From Oscillospiraceae bacterium (GTDB lineage: Bacteria; Bacillota; Clostridia; Oscillospirales; Ruminococcaceae), in assembly GCA_021201135.1 (NCBI GenBank), contig JAJQGT010000009.1:48715-112714 (forward strand): a stretch of 64,000 nucleotides of DNA. Reading direction: 5' to 3'. How positions within the stretch are numbered: the stretch's first letter is position 1; every line of letters starts with the position of its first letter. The notes under the pieces are model-generated. The model saw nothing but the letters and a program-made list of their open reading frames with translations. It did not search any database and was not told the DNA's origin. Below, in pieces: positions 53,466 through 63,378 of the stretch. The position numbers and the translations under genes are program-made.

Positions 53466-53494
53466 TTGACAAAAGAAAATATATCGGTTATAAT
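53466..53494 (+). promoter_or_regulatory. metY promoter
   Basis: TTGACA, 17 nt, TATAAT, with an approximately 200-nt leader. Confidence 0.6.
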
Positions 53495-53551
53495 CCCCGT
53501 AATGCATATCGTTTTAGTATGTGTTTTATTTCGATTGGGAGGAAGGATACT

Positions 53552-53626
53552 ATGCCTACAAATTTCACAGTTCTATTAAGACATAACTTCAGATTCGGTC
53601 GAATGTGTGTACACTGTTGCTGTTGA
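53552..53626 (+). CDS. 24-aa leader peptide MPTNFTVLLRHNFRFGRMCVHCCC (Cys-codon-rich upstream ORF of metY)
   Basis: A strong RBS, GGGAGGAAGGA, lies 6 nt upstream of the ATG. Four of the last six codons are Cys and are preceded by Met. The ORF lies inside the metY leader. Confidence 0.5.
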   Translation: MPTNFTVLLRHNFRFGRMCVHCCC

Positions 53627-53698
53627 TACAGATACAATAACAACGCTTCTTTATCAGAAGCACAGAACAACTTTATCTTACCAAGGAGTGTATACACA

Positions 53699-54991
53699 AT
53701 GAAATACAATTACGAAAACAACTTTAAGTTTGAGACCATCCAGCTCCATGCAGGTCAGGAGAATCCCGATCCCGTAACCGATTCAAGGGCTGTCCCCATC
53801 TACCAGACAACCTCTTATGTTTTTCATAACTCAGCTCACGCCGCAGACCGCTTTGGACTCCGTGATTCCGGCAACATCTACGGCAGACTGACCAATTCCA
53901 CACAGGACGTTTTCGAGTCAAGAATCGCCGCTTTAGAGGGTGGAGTTGCGGGACTTGCGCTTGCTTCCGGAGCGGCGGCTGTTACATACACAATTCAGGC
54001 ACTCGCTCAGAAAGGCGACCATATTGTCGCACAGAAGACCATCTACGGCGGTAGCTACAATCTTCTTGCCCATACTCTTAAGTTAAGCGGAATCGAAACA
54101 ACCTTTGTCGACGCTCATAATCTGGAAGAAGTTGAAGCTGCCATTCAAGATAATACAAAGGCAATCTATCTTGAGACCTTGGGCAATCCTAACAGCGATA
54201 TACCCGATGTTGATGCCATTTCTGAAATTGCACACAGACACGGTATTCCTGTTGCAATCGACAACACATTTGCAACTCCCTATCTTTTCAGACCTATTGA
54301 ACATGGAGCGGACATAGTAATCCATTCTGCGACCAAGTTCATTGGCGGACACGGAACAACTTTAGGCGGAGTTATCGTTGATGGTGGAAAGTTCGATTGG
54401 AAGGCAAGCGGTAAGTATGCACCGATAGCTGAACCGAATCCGAGCTACCACGGAATTTCCTTTGCTGACGCAGTGGGTCCTGCGGCATTCGTAACCTACA
54501 TAAGAGCAATACTTCTGAGAGATACGGGAGCTACAATTTCGCCTTTCAATGCTTTTCTTCTGTTACAGGGAACCGAAACTCTTTCCTTAAGAATTGATCG
54601 TCATGTTGAAAACACAAAGAAAGTTTTGGACTTCCTTGTAAATCATCCGAAGGTCGAAAAAGTAAATCATCCGGCACTGCCCGACCATCCTGACCACGCT
54701 CTGTACGAGAAGTATTTCCCGAACGGAGGCGGCTCAATATTCACATTCGAGATTAAGGGCGGTCAGAAAGAAGCTCACGAGTTTATAGACAGCCTCAAAG
54801 TATTCTCTCTTCTTGCTAACGTAGCCGATGTAAAGAGTCTCGTCATCCATCCGGCAACCACGACACATTCTCAGCTTTCGGAAGAGGAGCTTCTGGATCA
54901 GGGAATAAAGCCGAATACAATCCGCCTATCTATCGGTACTGAGCATATCGATGACATCATTGCCGACCTTTCACAGGCATTTGGGGATTGA
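53699..54991 (+). CDS. metY: O-acetylhomoserine sulfhydrylase (aminocarboxypropyltransferase)
   Basis: 430 aa with [19 protein letters not shown] and [11 protein letters not shown]. Confidence 0.92.
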   Translation: MKYNYENNFKFETIQLHAGQENPDPVTDSRAVPIYQTTSYVFHNSAHAADRFGLRDSGNIYGRLTNSTQDVFESRIAALEGGVAGLALASGAAAVTYTIQALAQKGDHIVAQKTIYGGSYNLLAHTLKLSGIETTFVDAHNLEEVEAAIQDNTKAIYLETLGNPNSDIPDVDAISEIAHRHGIPVAIDNTFATPYLFRPIEHGADIVIHSATKFIGGHGTTLGGVIVDGGKFDWKASGKYAPIAEPNPSYHGISFADAVGPAAFVTYIRAILLRDTGATISPFNAFLLLQGTETLSLRIDRHVENTKKVLDFLVNHPKVEKVNHPALPDHPDHALYEKYFPNGGGSIFTFEIKGGQKEAHEFIDSLKVFSLLANVADVKSLVIHPATTTHSQLSEEELLDQGIKPNTIRLSIGTEHIDDIIADLSQAFGD

Positions 54992-55038
54992 TGACTCGAT
55001 CACGATCGATATAAACATAAAATTTATCAGAGAGCATA

Positions 55039-55075
55039 AGAGCAGCCTCATAGCACATGGGACTGCTCTTTATTT
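55039..55075 (+). terminator. Intrinsic terminator after metY
   Basis: AGAGCAG...CTGCTCT stem followed by TTTATTT. Confidence 0.5.
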
Positions 55076-55285
55076 AAGAATTTATAACTTTTTGCAAAAT
55101 TGTGCCTTGACAAATTGAGGCTCAATGTAGCACCTGAACTGCCTTGCCTGTTCTCTACTCGAAATAAACAAAAAATCCGAATCCATCACCAATCGGAAAC
55201 GGGTTCGGATTATTGTTGACTTGATTGCATCATGCAAAGAAGACGCCATAAGGCGTCTTCTTTGGTAGCTCGCTTCGCGAGCTAT

Positions 55286-55371
55286 TGGTGCCGCTGACCG
55301 GACTTGAACCGGTACGCTTTAGGGGCGAGGGATTTTAAGTCCCTTGTGTCTGCCGATTCCACCACAGCGGC
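55286..55371 (-). tRNA. tRNA-Leu (TAA)
   Basis: 86 nt on the minus strand: GCCGCTGTGGTGGAATCGGCAGACACAAGGGACTTAAAATCCCTCGCCCCTAAAGCGTACCGGTTCAAGTCCGGTCAGCGGCACCA. Anticodon loop is CTTAAAA. It has a long variable arm and an encoded CCA. Confidence 0.92.
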
Positions 55372-55477
55372 GTTACCGCTTTCAATATTATCACAACCGG
55401 CGCGAAAAGTCAATCTTTTTCAAAGAAAAAAGGGACTCTCCCGCAGGAAAGTCCCTTAAAATCATTTCAATCCGAAA

Positions 55478-56833
<1,356 letters not shown>

Positions 56834-56894
56834 TTATAGCACGGTTTTTCTCAGTTGTAAACCTTGTTTTTGCGAAATGTTTGTGAAATGAGGA

Positions 56895-56930
56895 AAAATA
56901 AAAAAGAACAATCCACAAGGACTGTTCTTT
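56895..56930 (-). terminator. Intrinsic (bidirectional-looking) terminator
   Basis: GAACAATCC/GGACTGTTC stem flanked by an A-run and a T-run. Confidence 0.55.
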
Positions 56931-56951
56931 TTAATGAAATATAATACTAGA

Positions 56952-57515
56952 TTATCCCTGGATTGCAGAACCGCAATACTCACATTCGCCCACTTGTCCT
57001 TCTTGAATGGTGTTCATTCCACCACATCCGCTGCATTTTACAGATACAAGCTTCTGGCCTGTAACGGGAGCTGATGAAGTCTGATTCGTGCTTTGCGGAG
57101 TAGTTCTGGGGCTTGAAGAACCGCCGACAAAGATAGAATTTGAATTCTGATCAATGTAGGCATTGACGAAATATCCTCTCTTAATCATCAGTTCTAAGTT
57201 CTTCTTAACAACATCTTCAGATGTATTCAGGCTTGCTGCTAAATCAGGGATGAAGCCACCTTGTGTGGAGATAGCCGAAACATATACCTTGAAATTGCTG
57301 ATAAGCTTGCTATTTTTGCGGGAAACAACGGTACACCATATACCGATTGCCAAAATAATTATGCAGAAAAGCAAGAAGCCAAATCCGAATTCCTGAAAAT
57401 CAGAAAAACATACAATTATCATAAGCAGAGAAAACGCATCTACACACGCCCCGATTATCAGCGTTACCTTGCTTGCAAGTGAATCTACAACGAGTTTTGT
57501 TTTTGACTTATTCAT
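56952..57515 (-). CDS. Membrane protein (2 TM) with cytoplasmic winged-helix-like segment and C-terminal zinc ribbon
   Basis: 187 aa. Two hydrophobic helices, then DLAASLNTSEDVVKKNLELMIKRGYF, a Ser/Thr-rich linker, and CSGCGG...CEYCG. Confidence 0.6.
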   Translation of the reverse strand: MNKSKTKLVVDSLASKVTLIIGACVDAFSLLMIIVCFSDFQEFGFGFLLFCIIILAIGIWCTVVSRKNSKLISNFKVYVSAISTQGGFIPDLAASLNTSEDVVKKNLELMIKRGYFVNAYIDQNSNSIFVGGSSSPRTTPQSTNQTSSAPVTGQKLVSVKCSGCGGMNTIQEGQVGECEYCGSAIQG

Positions 57516-57565
57516 AATAATAACTCCTATCTAAATTTTTATGTAGGGATACTTTCCCATAGGTA

Positions 57566-58867
57566 CTATTGCAACTTTTCGCCACATTCAGGGCAGAACT
57601 TAGGCGAGCCCTCAATTGGTGCATTGCACTTTGGACAGTTTTTTGAAAGGGTGCCTCCACACTCAGGACAGAACTTCACCTTTGGTGATACGGCTGCTCC
57701 ACAATGAGGACAAGAAATCGGGACATCCTCATTACAATTTGGGCAAGAGGTAGAACCTTCTGGAATATCTGCACCACAACTCTTACAATGGTTTATTCTT
57801 CGCCCACACTCGGGACAGAATTTCGTCGATTTGTTTATCGTTCCGCCACAAGCTGAACACTTAAGAATGTTCTCTTGCTTCTTAGTCGCCTCTGTATCGC
57901 AACCACAAACACCACAGAACCGCTGAGTAGAAGGAATTAGCGAATGACACTTCGGACATTCTTTCTTAGATGCTTCATCAGTGGATGTCTTAATTTCTTG
58001 TGCCATTCCACCGAATCCAGCACCTACAGCATTACCCATCCCAAGCCCCATGCCAATACCCATGCTTGCGCCAGCTACAGATGAAGCAGTTGAGCCTGAA
58101 TTTTTAGCTGCACCCTCGAGAGTGTCAAATGAGCGCTCTTGCTGATAACTATAGCCGATTATGTTCATTTCAGCACGCTTTGCTAAAGCGTTTTTCAGTT
58201 GCTGGACAGCAGAATCGTCTTCAGGCACGCTGATTTCGTTAACATAGAAGGAAACAAGTTCGATACCGTAATCATCCATAGTCGGTTGAATTCTTTCCTT
58301 CATATACTGTGAAAGCTCATCAATATAGGCGTTGATTTCGAGAATGCTTATCTGCTTATGTACTAAATAAGACGAAATTGAATCCTTGACTTTTGTAACA
58401 TAGAGGGATCTAAAATACTTGGTGACAGAGTTTTTATCAAAGCTACTCATTGTTCCGACTAACTTGACGAGGAACTTCCTTGAATCAGAGATTCTTATGC
58501 CAAAAGCACCGTTAGAGCGGACGGGCACGAAAATGCCGTACTTAGGGTCTTGCAACTGAATAGGAGTTGGTGTTCCCCACTTGACATCCAGATTATACGC
58601 CTTGTTGATGTACCAAACTTCTGCTGTAAAAGGCGATCTGCCACCAAACGGCAGCTTTACAACGTTTATGAGAAGGGGAATATTTGCAGTGTCAAGCGTA
58701 TGCCTTCCACTACCGAAAACATCGTAAACCTTGCCACCTTTAACAAGTATCGCTTCCTGTGACTCATTGACAACAAGCTGAGTCCATGTGCCAAGCTCTT
58801 CACTCGGATATTTCCAAGCAAAGACATCGGGACCGCCATTATATTTAATTACTTCTACAATAGCCAT
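57566..58867 (-). CDS. SPFH/band-7 (YdjI-like) domain protein with five C-terminal zinc-ribbon units
   Basis: GGAGGG RBS followed by the ATG at 58867. MAIVEVIKYNGGPDVFAWKYP... is the SPFH-type N-terminal half. Five CxxC-N10-14-CxxC units follow (CPKCHS...CGVCG, CSACGG...CPECG, and so on). Confidence 0.75.
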   Translation of the reverse strand: MAIVEVIKYNGGPDVFAWKYPSEELGTWTQLVVNESQEAILVKGGKVYDVFGSGRHTLDTANIPLLINVVKLPFGGRSPFTAEVWYINKAYNLDVKWGTPTPIQLQDPKYGIFVPVRSNGAFGIRISDSRKFLVKLVGTMSSFDKNSVTKYFRSLYVTKVKDSISSYLVHKQISILEINAYIDELSQYMKERIQPTMDDYGIELVSFYVNEISVPEDDSAVQQLKNALAKRAEMNIIGYSYQQERSFDTLEGAAKNSGSTASSVAGASMGIGMGLGMGNAVGAGFGGMAQEIKTSTDEASKKECPKCHSLIPSTQRFCGVCGCDTEATKKQENILKCSACGGTINKSTKFCPECGRRINHCKSCGADIPEGSTSCPNCNEDVPISCPHCGAAVSPKVKFCPECGGTLSKNCPKCNAPIEGSPKFCPECGEKLQ

Positions 58868-58899
58868 TAATTTTCCCTCCATAAAAAAATCACAACTAC

Positions 58900-58931
58900 A
58901 TTGTACCCCCCCCCGCAAACCCTTTTGTCAA
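58900..58931 (-). promoter_or_regulatory. Promoter whose -35/-10 spacer contains a G9 tract (spacer 20 nt as sequenced)
   Basis: Minus strand reads TTGACA-aaagggtttgc-GGGGGGGGG-TACAAT, about 33 nt upstream of the ATG at 58867. Confidence 0.5.
58906..58914 (-). repeat. G9 homopolymer in the promoter spacer
   Basis: Plus strand reads ttgtaCCCCCCCCCgcaaac. Confidence 0.95.
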
Positions 58932-58980
58932 TACTTTTTTCAACCTTTTTTAACAAACGGTTAGGTTTTAGTATTAGAAC

Positions 58981-59005
58981 AACAAAAACCGCCCCATCGG
59001 GGCGG
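58981..59005 (-). terminator. Intrinsic terminator
   Basis: Minus strand reads CCGCCCC-GAT-GGGGCGG followed by TTTTTG. Confidence 0.7.
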
Positions 59006-59013
59006 TCAGGTGG

Positions 59014-59169
59014 TCAATCTTTCAAAATTTCATCCATCGCCTCTTTAAAAGAGGCATATCTTTTGTACTTTTCGGGATTCTCTTTCATCTCAGCAAGCTC
59101 GTTGAGGGCTTCGGTTGTCTCAGGATTCGGGGCTTCTCGCAATTCGAGAACCTGTTCTCTATTTTTCAT
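59014..59169 (-). CDS. 51-aa protein resembling the C-terminal part of RelB/DinJ-type antitoxins
   Basis: MKNREQVLELREAPNPETTEALNELAEMKENPEKYKRYASFKEAMDEILKD. Its ATG overlaps the ANT(6) 3' end by 11 nt, and the terminator follows. Confidence 0.35.
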   Translation of the reverse strand: MKNREQVLELREAPNPETTEALNELAEMKENPEKYKRYASFKEAMDEILKD

Positions 59170-60010
59170 ACATACCACCCTTCACATTCATCATATACAG
59201 TCTTGCTCCCGCTTCTTCCGAGGCGTTATAGTCGAGCCCGAGGTCAGCGGCGACTATTCTTGCGAGGTCGGAGAAGAGTTTGCAGGTGTTGATTAGGCTC
59301 GTCCAGATGCGGGCGGGATCAGAAGTTGTGTAGGTTTTCAGGTATTTCCCATAGATGCTGTCGGGAAGATACTTTTTAAAGTACTTCCCCATTTTACCGG
59401 TCGAGACGGAGAAGTCGGAGATGGTGCCGATGTACCATTCAACAACTTTGTTGAGCTGTGGGCGGAGGGTTTCCTCAAACATCGACTTTGCATAGGGAAT
59501 CTCTTCGCGCTTCAAGCCCTTGGCGACGTTATTCAGGCACCACCAGAACTCGTTACAGCAGGCGGAGAACTCGGCTTGCGTGGGTCTATGGACCATGTAG
59601 CACTCGTTGTCGAGGTTGTCCTCAAGGTGCCCTTCCCTGTCGAAAAGAACCTTCATCGGTTCGTTGCCCCAGTCGGGCATGGCGGTCGTGACCGTGAGGT
59701 CGAGGCGCACGCCGTCCTCAAAAATCGAGAGATATGTAAACCGCTCGGCGGTTTCGACCGTCAATCCCGGGTTATCCAGAAGGTCGGGCATCTGCATTAT
59801 GAGGACTTTGCCGAAAGCTCTCTCGATAAAGCAGGGGTTGTTGAAATACGGCGACAGGTCCCTGACGAGAAACGCAACGTCGTAATCCTGATAGACATCC
59901 CGGGGTCTCGAAGAGTCCGCCCTCGAGCCGCTCAGGACAGCCGCACGGACATTCGGGTCTCTTTCGGCGGTGTCGGTAATAAGCTTTAACATTTCCTCGG
60001 TTGAACGCAT
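59159..60010 (-). CDS. Aminoglycoside 6-nucleotidyltransferase, ANT(6) (AadK/AadE family)
   Basis: AAGGAGGG RBS followed by the ATG at 60010. Contains MRSTEEMLKLITDTAERDPNVRAAVLSGSRA...DYDVAFLV. Confidence 0.85.
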   Translation of the reverse strand: MRSTEEMLKLITDTAERDPNVRAAVLSGSRADSSRPRDVYQDYDVAFLVRDLSPYFNNPCFIERAFGKVLIMQMPDLLDNPGLTVETAERFTYLSIFEDGVRLDLTVTTAMPDWGNEPMKVLFDREGHLEDNLDNECYMVHRPTQAEFSACCNEFWWCLNNVAKGLKREEIPYAKSMFEETLRPQLNKVVEWYIGTISDFSVSTGKMGKYFKKYLPDSIYGKYLKTYTTSDPARIWTSLINTCKLFSDLARIVAADLGLDYNASEEAGARLYMMNVKGGMYEK

Positions 60011-60076
60011 AAAATACCCTCCTTGTGCTTTGTTAAGATAATTATAGCACAAAGAGGGGATAAATGCAATAAGTAG

Positions 60077-60095
60077 GGGCGGATATTATCCGCCC
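60077..60095 (-). terminator. Hairpin terminator after htrA
   Basis: GGGCGG-ATAATAT-CCGCCC, with a weak T-tail. Confidence 0.4.
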
Positions 60096-60117
60096 GTTAT
60101 TTCGTTGCGATGAAGGT

Positions 60118-61698
60118 TTAAATTATATCATCCGAACCGTTGCTGTTGCCGGAGCCGCTGTCGGAATTTGAGCTGTTGCCGTTGCCGAAGCCAAAGTTTC
60201 CGAAGATGTCGCCCCAAGGTGATGTTGAACTGCCCGACTGACCGTCAGAGCCGGAATTTGAATCAGAGTTGGAATCCGAATCGGAATCGGCGCTCGAATC
60301 TGTTGTATCAGAATCGGGAAGAGCCGACTGGGTGGTTGAGCCGACGGTTACGACGATTACTCTTGTCTCGCCGTCTCTGTAGACCTCAAGGACGAGCTCG
60401 TCGCCGACTTCGAGTGATGCAACATAGTTCGAAAGCGAGCTTGCACCGGTGACTTCGGTGTCGTCAGCCTTAAGGATGATGTCGCCGACCTCAAGACCCG
60501 CTTCGTCTGCGGGAGCACCTTCGGTCACGCTGTAGACAACCGCTCCCGAAGTGATACCGGTGCTGTAGTAAACGCTGGTGGTCACGTCGGTGACGGTGAC
60601 GCCGATGTAGCTCTTCTCATAGGTACCGGTCTCGATGATGCTGTAGACTATCTCCTTGACGGTGTTAATCGGGATTGCAAAGCCGATGTTGTCGATGGAC
60701 GCCTCAGAAGAGGAACTGCTCGAATACTTCGCGTTGGTGATGCCAATCACTTCGCCGTACATGTTGAAGAGTGCGCCGCCCGAGTTACCGGAGTTGATGG
60801 CACAGTCTGTCTGGATGAGCTCCATGGTGGTTCCGGTGGAAAGAGTTACCGAGCGGTCAAGAGCACTGACTATTCCCGCAGTGAGGGAGAATGTGAGCTC
60901 TCCCAAGGGGTTGCCGATTGCAACTACCGAGTCGCCGACATTGAGTGCATCGGAGTCGCCGAGAGTTACGGTGCTGAGATCTTCAGCTTCGATCTTCAAG
61001 ACTGCGATATCGTTACTTTCGTCATAGCCGACGAGGGTTGCCGAATAGCTTTCGCCGTTATAGAGGCTGACGGTTATCGAATCGGAATCCTCAACGACAT
61101 GGTAGTTTGTGAGAATATAGCCGTCGGAAGAGATTATGAATCCCGAGCCGGAAGCCGCCGATGTGGTCGTATAGCCGAAATAGTTGGTGGTAATCGAGGT
61201 TGTGATACCGACGGTGGCGTTGACGTTATTTGCGTAGACTTCCGCCGCTGTCATCTCCTCGCCCGCCTCAACCTCGTTGAGGACAACCTCCGAGCTGTGA
61301 CTGCTCGTGTTGATGACCGTTGCCGAAGAAGCGTTGGTTGCGCCCGAGGATGTCGGAATCACCGAGCCGTCGGAGGTGACAAGAGCCGTCACGGATGCGC
61401 CGATTCCTCCGCCCAAGATTGCGCAGACGAGCGCCAATGCAATCATCGCTCCCCAAGGGGTTCTCGAGGACTTCTCCTTCTTCTGCTTCTTTTGCTTCTT
61501 CTGAGTCGGCTGTTCGTAGGCGACATATTCCGCCTTCGGCTGAGAATTGCTCTGCCACTGATAGGTGTAGTCGCCCTGATATGCCGACTGCTGAGCTGCG
61601 CCGGTATTCTCGGTGCTTTCAGTATTCTCGCTTTGTGAGACGGTTTCGCTTGTGGTTTCGCCGGTTACTTCATTAATATTGTCATTGTAGTTATCCAT
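60118..61698 (-). CDS. htrA: HtrA/DegP-family serine protease (S1C) with PDZ domain, N-terminal TM and Ser/Asp/Gly-rich tail
   Basis: GSGFIISSDGYILTNYHVV, DIAVLKI, GNSGGAL and a PDZ region (GAVVYSVTEGAPADEAGLEVGDIILK). Confidence 0.9.
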   Translation of the reverse strand: MDNYNDNINEVTGETTSETVSQSENTESTENTGAAQQSAYQGDYTYQWQSNSQPKAEYVAYEQPTQKKQKKQKKEKSSRTPWGAMIALALVCAILGGGIGASVTALVTSDGSVIPTSSGATNASSATVINTSSHSSEVVLNEVEAGEEMTAAEVYANNVNATVGITTSITTNYFGYTTTSAASGSGFIISSDGYILTNYHVVEDSDSITVSLYNGESYSATLVGYDESNDIAVLKIEAEDLSTVTLGDSDALNVGDSVVAIGNPLGELTFSLTAGIVSALDRSVTLSTGTTMELIQTDCAINSGNSGGALFNMYGEVIGITNAKYSSSSSSEASIDNIGFAIPINTVKEIVYSIIETGTYEKSYIGVTVTDVTTSVYYSTGITSGAVVYSVTEGAPADEAGLEVGDIILKADDTEVTGASSLSNYVASLEVGDELVLEVYRDGETRVIVVTVGSTTQSALPDSDTTDSSADSDSDSNSDSNSGSDGQSGSSTSPWGDIFGNFGFGNGNSSNSDSGSGNSNGSDDII

Positions 61699-61819
61699 AA
61701 TGATTTTTCTCCTTTACTTGTACTGTGAGCATATTGTAAAACTCCAATATTAAAAGTAAAGGTGCATTTCATTAATGATTGATAAACACTTTTTGACGGG
61801 ATGGTGAAAAAGCAGTGAC

Positions 61820-63169
61820 TTATACCGTCAATACACTGCCTTCTGTCTCAAGAAGTATTAAAATATCCTCTTCTTCGCCGGTTTCCGTGTTGACGTAGAC
61901 CAATACTGTTTTGCCGTCGGTGGACTGGCATCTGTACTCATAGCAGAGCTTTTCCTCGACGCTATCGGAGGGAATTACCGCCATTCCGGAGTCAATAACC
62001 GTCAGCATCGGCGAGAGTTTCGACTGGCATTCGGTCTCCGAGAAAGTCGGCTCGCCGAGTTCGCGCTCGACGTGATTCATAAGAAATCCCCTTGCATCAT
62101 AGCCGATAATCTCGCTGTCATCGAGGGCAACGGCAACTTTGATGAGGTCGGTATAGCAGGTCACGCCGTCCTCGGAGTAAGCGAAATTCACCGTGCAGAC
62201 GCCGTTATAGGTCTCGTAGTAGGTTTCGGTCATATCCTCTATCCCGAGATTCTCAAGATAGGTCTGCGCCGCTTCGACTGCCTCCTCGGCGTCGAGATTA
62301 CTCGTCTTCACTTCCTGCCGTTTCAGCATATAGCAGACATAGCCGCCGTTTTTCGTGACCGAGCAGGTGACGCCATTCGAGGTGAAGCGATAGGACGGCA
62401 TCGTGCCCTCTTCGGAATACTCGGCGGTCTTCATCCGGTAGGCTTCGAGACCGCAGTATGAAGCGGCAATCTCCCGGGCTTCATCCTCAGTGACTTCTTC
62501 AGCGTTCTCTAACATCTCTGAAGTCTTCTCCAAAATATGGTCGGAGAAGGGTCCGTCATAGATGAGCTTCGGGGTGTTCTCGAAGCCCTCTTCGACCGTC
62601 GAGAGCCCGTCAGCCAGAAACGACTCGCCGCCGTCCTCAAGCTCGCTGAAGAGCTCCGTAATCGTCTTGTCGTTCGAAAGAAGCTTCGACTTGAGACTCC
62701 AGAGTTCGCCTGCGAACGCTTCGGCGTTGTCGCAAAGGGCGCTCATCGTCTGGTAATCCTCGTATGAGGGCGTTGTGCCGTCCGCCGCAGTCGCCGACAT
62801 GGCATAGGCATAGTTTCCTATCTGCGAGAGAAACTTCTCGGTCTTTTCAAGGTTCGAGGTCGCAACGGGGAGCTTCGTGAGTGCATTCTTGGCGTTCGAC
62901 GCCTCGCTCAGGAGCTCGCTCGAAAGCTTCTGCATCATCTGCGGAGAAGAGGCATAGAGCCCCTTCGTGAGTGTTGCCGAAATCTTGTCGGCACTCTGCG
63001 CCAGCTCCTCGACCGCCTCCTGATAGCCGTACTCAATCGAGCTCTCCGCCCGGGAAAGCCTGCACATATACACAATATCCGCCGCCGCAAGGACAGCGAT
63101 TATAGCCGCCGAAAAAGAAATAATCCGCACCAGCGTGCGCCGTGAAATAATGGTTTTCAAAGTAATCAT
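61820..63169 (-). CDS. ypeB: Spore germination protein YpeB (PepSY domains)
   Basis: 449 aa. N-terminal TM segment, YGYQEAVEELAQSADKISATLTKGLYASSPQ and C-terminal PepSY-like repeats. Confidence 0.8.
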   Translation of the reverse strand: MITLKTIISRRTLVRIISFSAAIIAVLAAADIVYMCRLSRAESSIEYGYQEAVEELAQSADKISATLTKGLYASSPQMMQKLSSELLSEASNAKNALTKLPVATSNLEKTEKFLSQIGNYAYAMSATAADGTTPSYEDYQTMSALCDNAEAFAGELWSLKSKLLSNDKTITELFSELEDGGESFLADGLSTVEEGFENTPKLIYDGPFSDHILEKTSEMLENAEEVTEDEAREIAASYCGLEAYRMKTAEYSEEGTMPSYRFTSNGVTCSVTKNGGYVCYMLKRQEVKTSNLDAEEAVEAAQTYLENLGIEDMTETYYETYNGVCTVNFAYSEDGVTCYTDLIKVAVALDDSEIIGYDARGFLMNHVERELGEPTFSETECQSKLSPMLTVIDSGMAVIPSDSVEEKLCYEYRCQSTDGKTVLVYVNTETGEEEDILILLETEGSVLTV

Positions 63170-63232
63170 CCTTTCTTGCTTTTTCTTAGGATTTCACAAT
63201 GTGGGAGGATTACACTTGGGAAATTTTTCGGC

Positions 63233-63263
63233 ATAGAAAAATCCCCACCGTGTGGTGGGGATT
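63233..63263 (-). terminator. Intrinsic terminator
   Basis: Minus strand reads AATCCCCACC-ACAC-GGTGGGGATT followed by TTTTC. Confidence 0.7.
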
Positions 63264-63378
63264 CTTTCTCTTCTGTAAGCGTATGCCGTGGATGGCATTT
63301 CTTAATCTTTTGGATGGAAAGACTCTTGACGGAACCGTCTCAAACAGAAGCTGATATTTGAAGAAAACGGACTATCAA

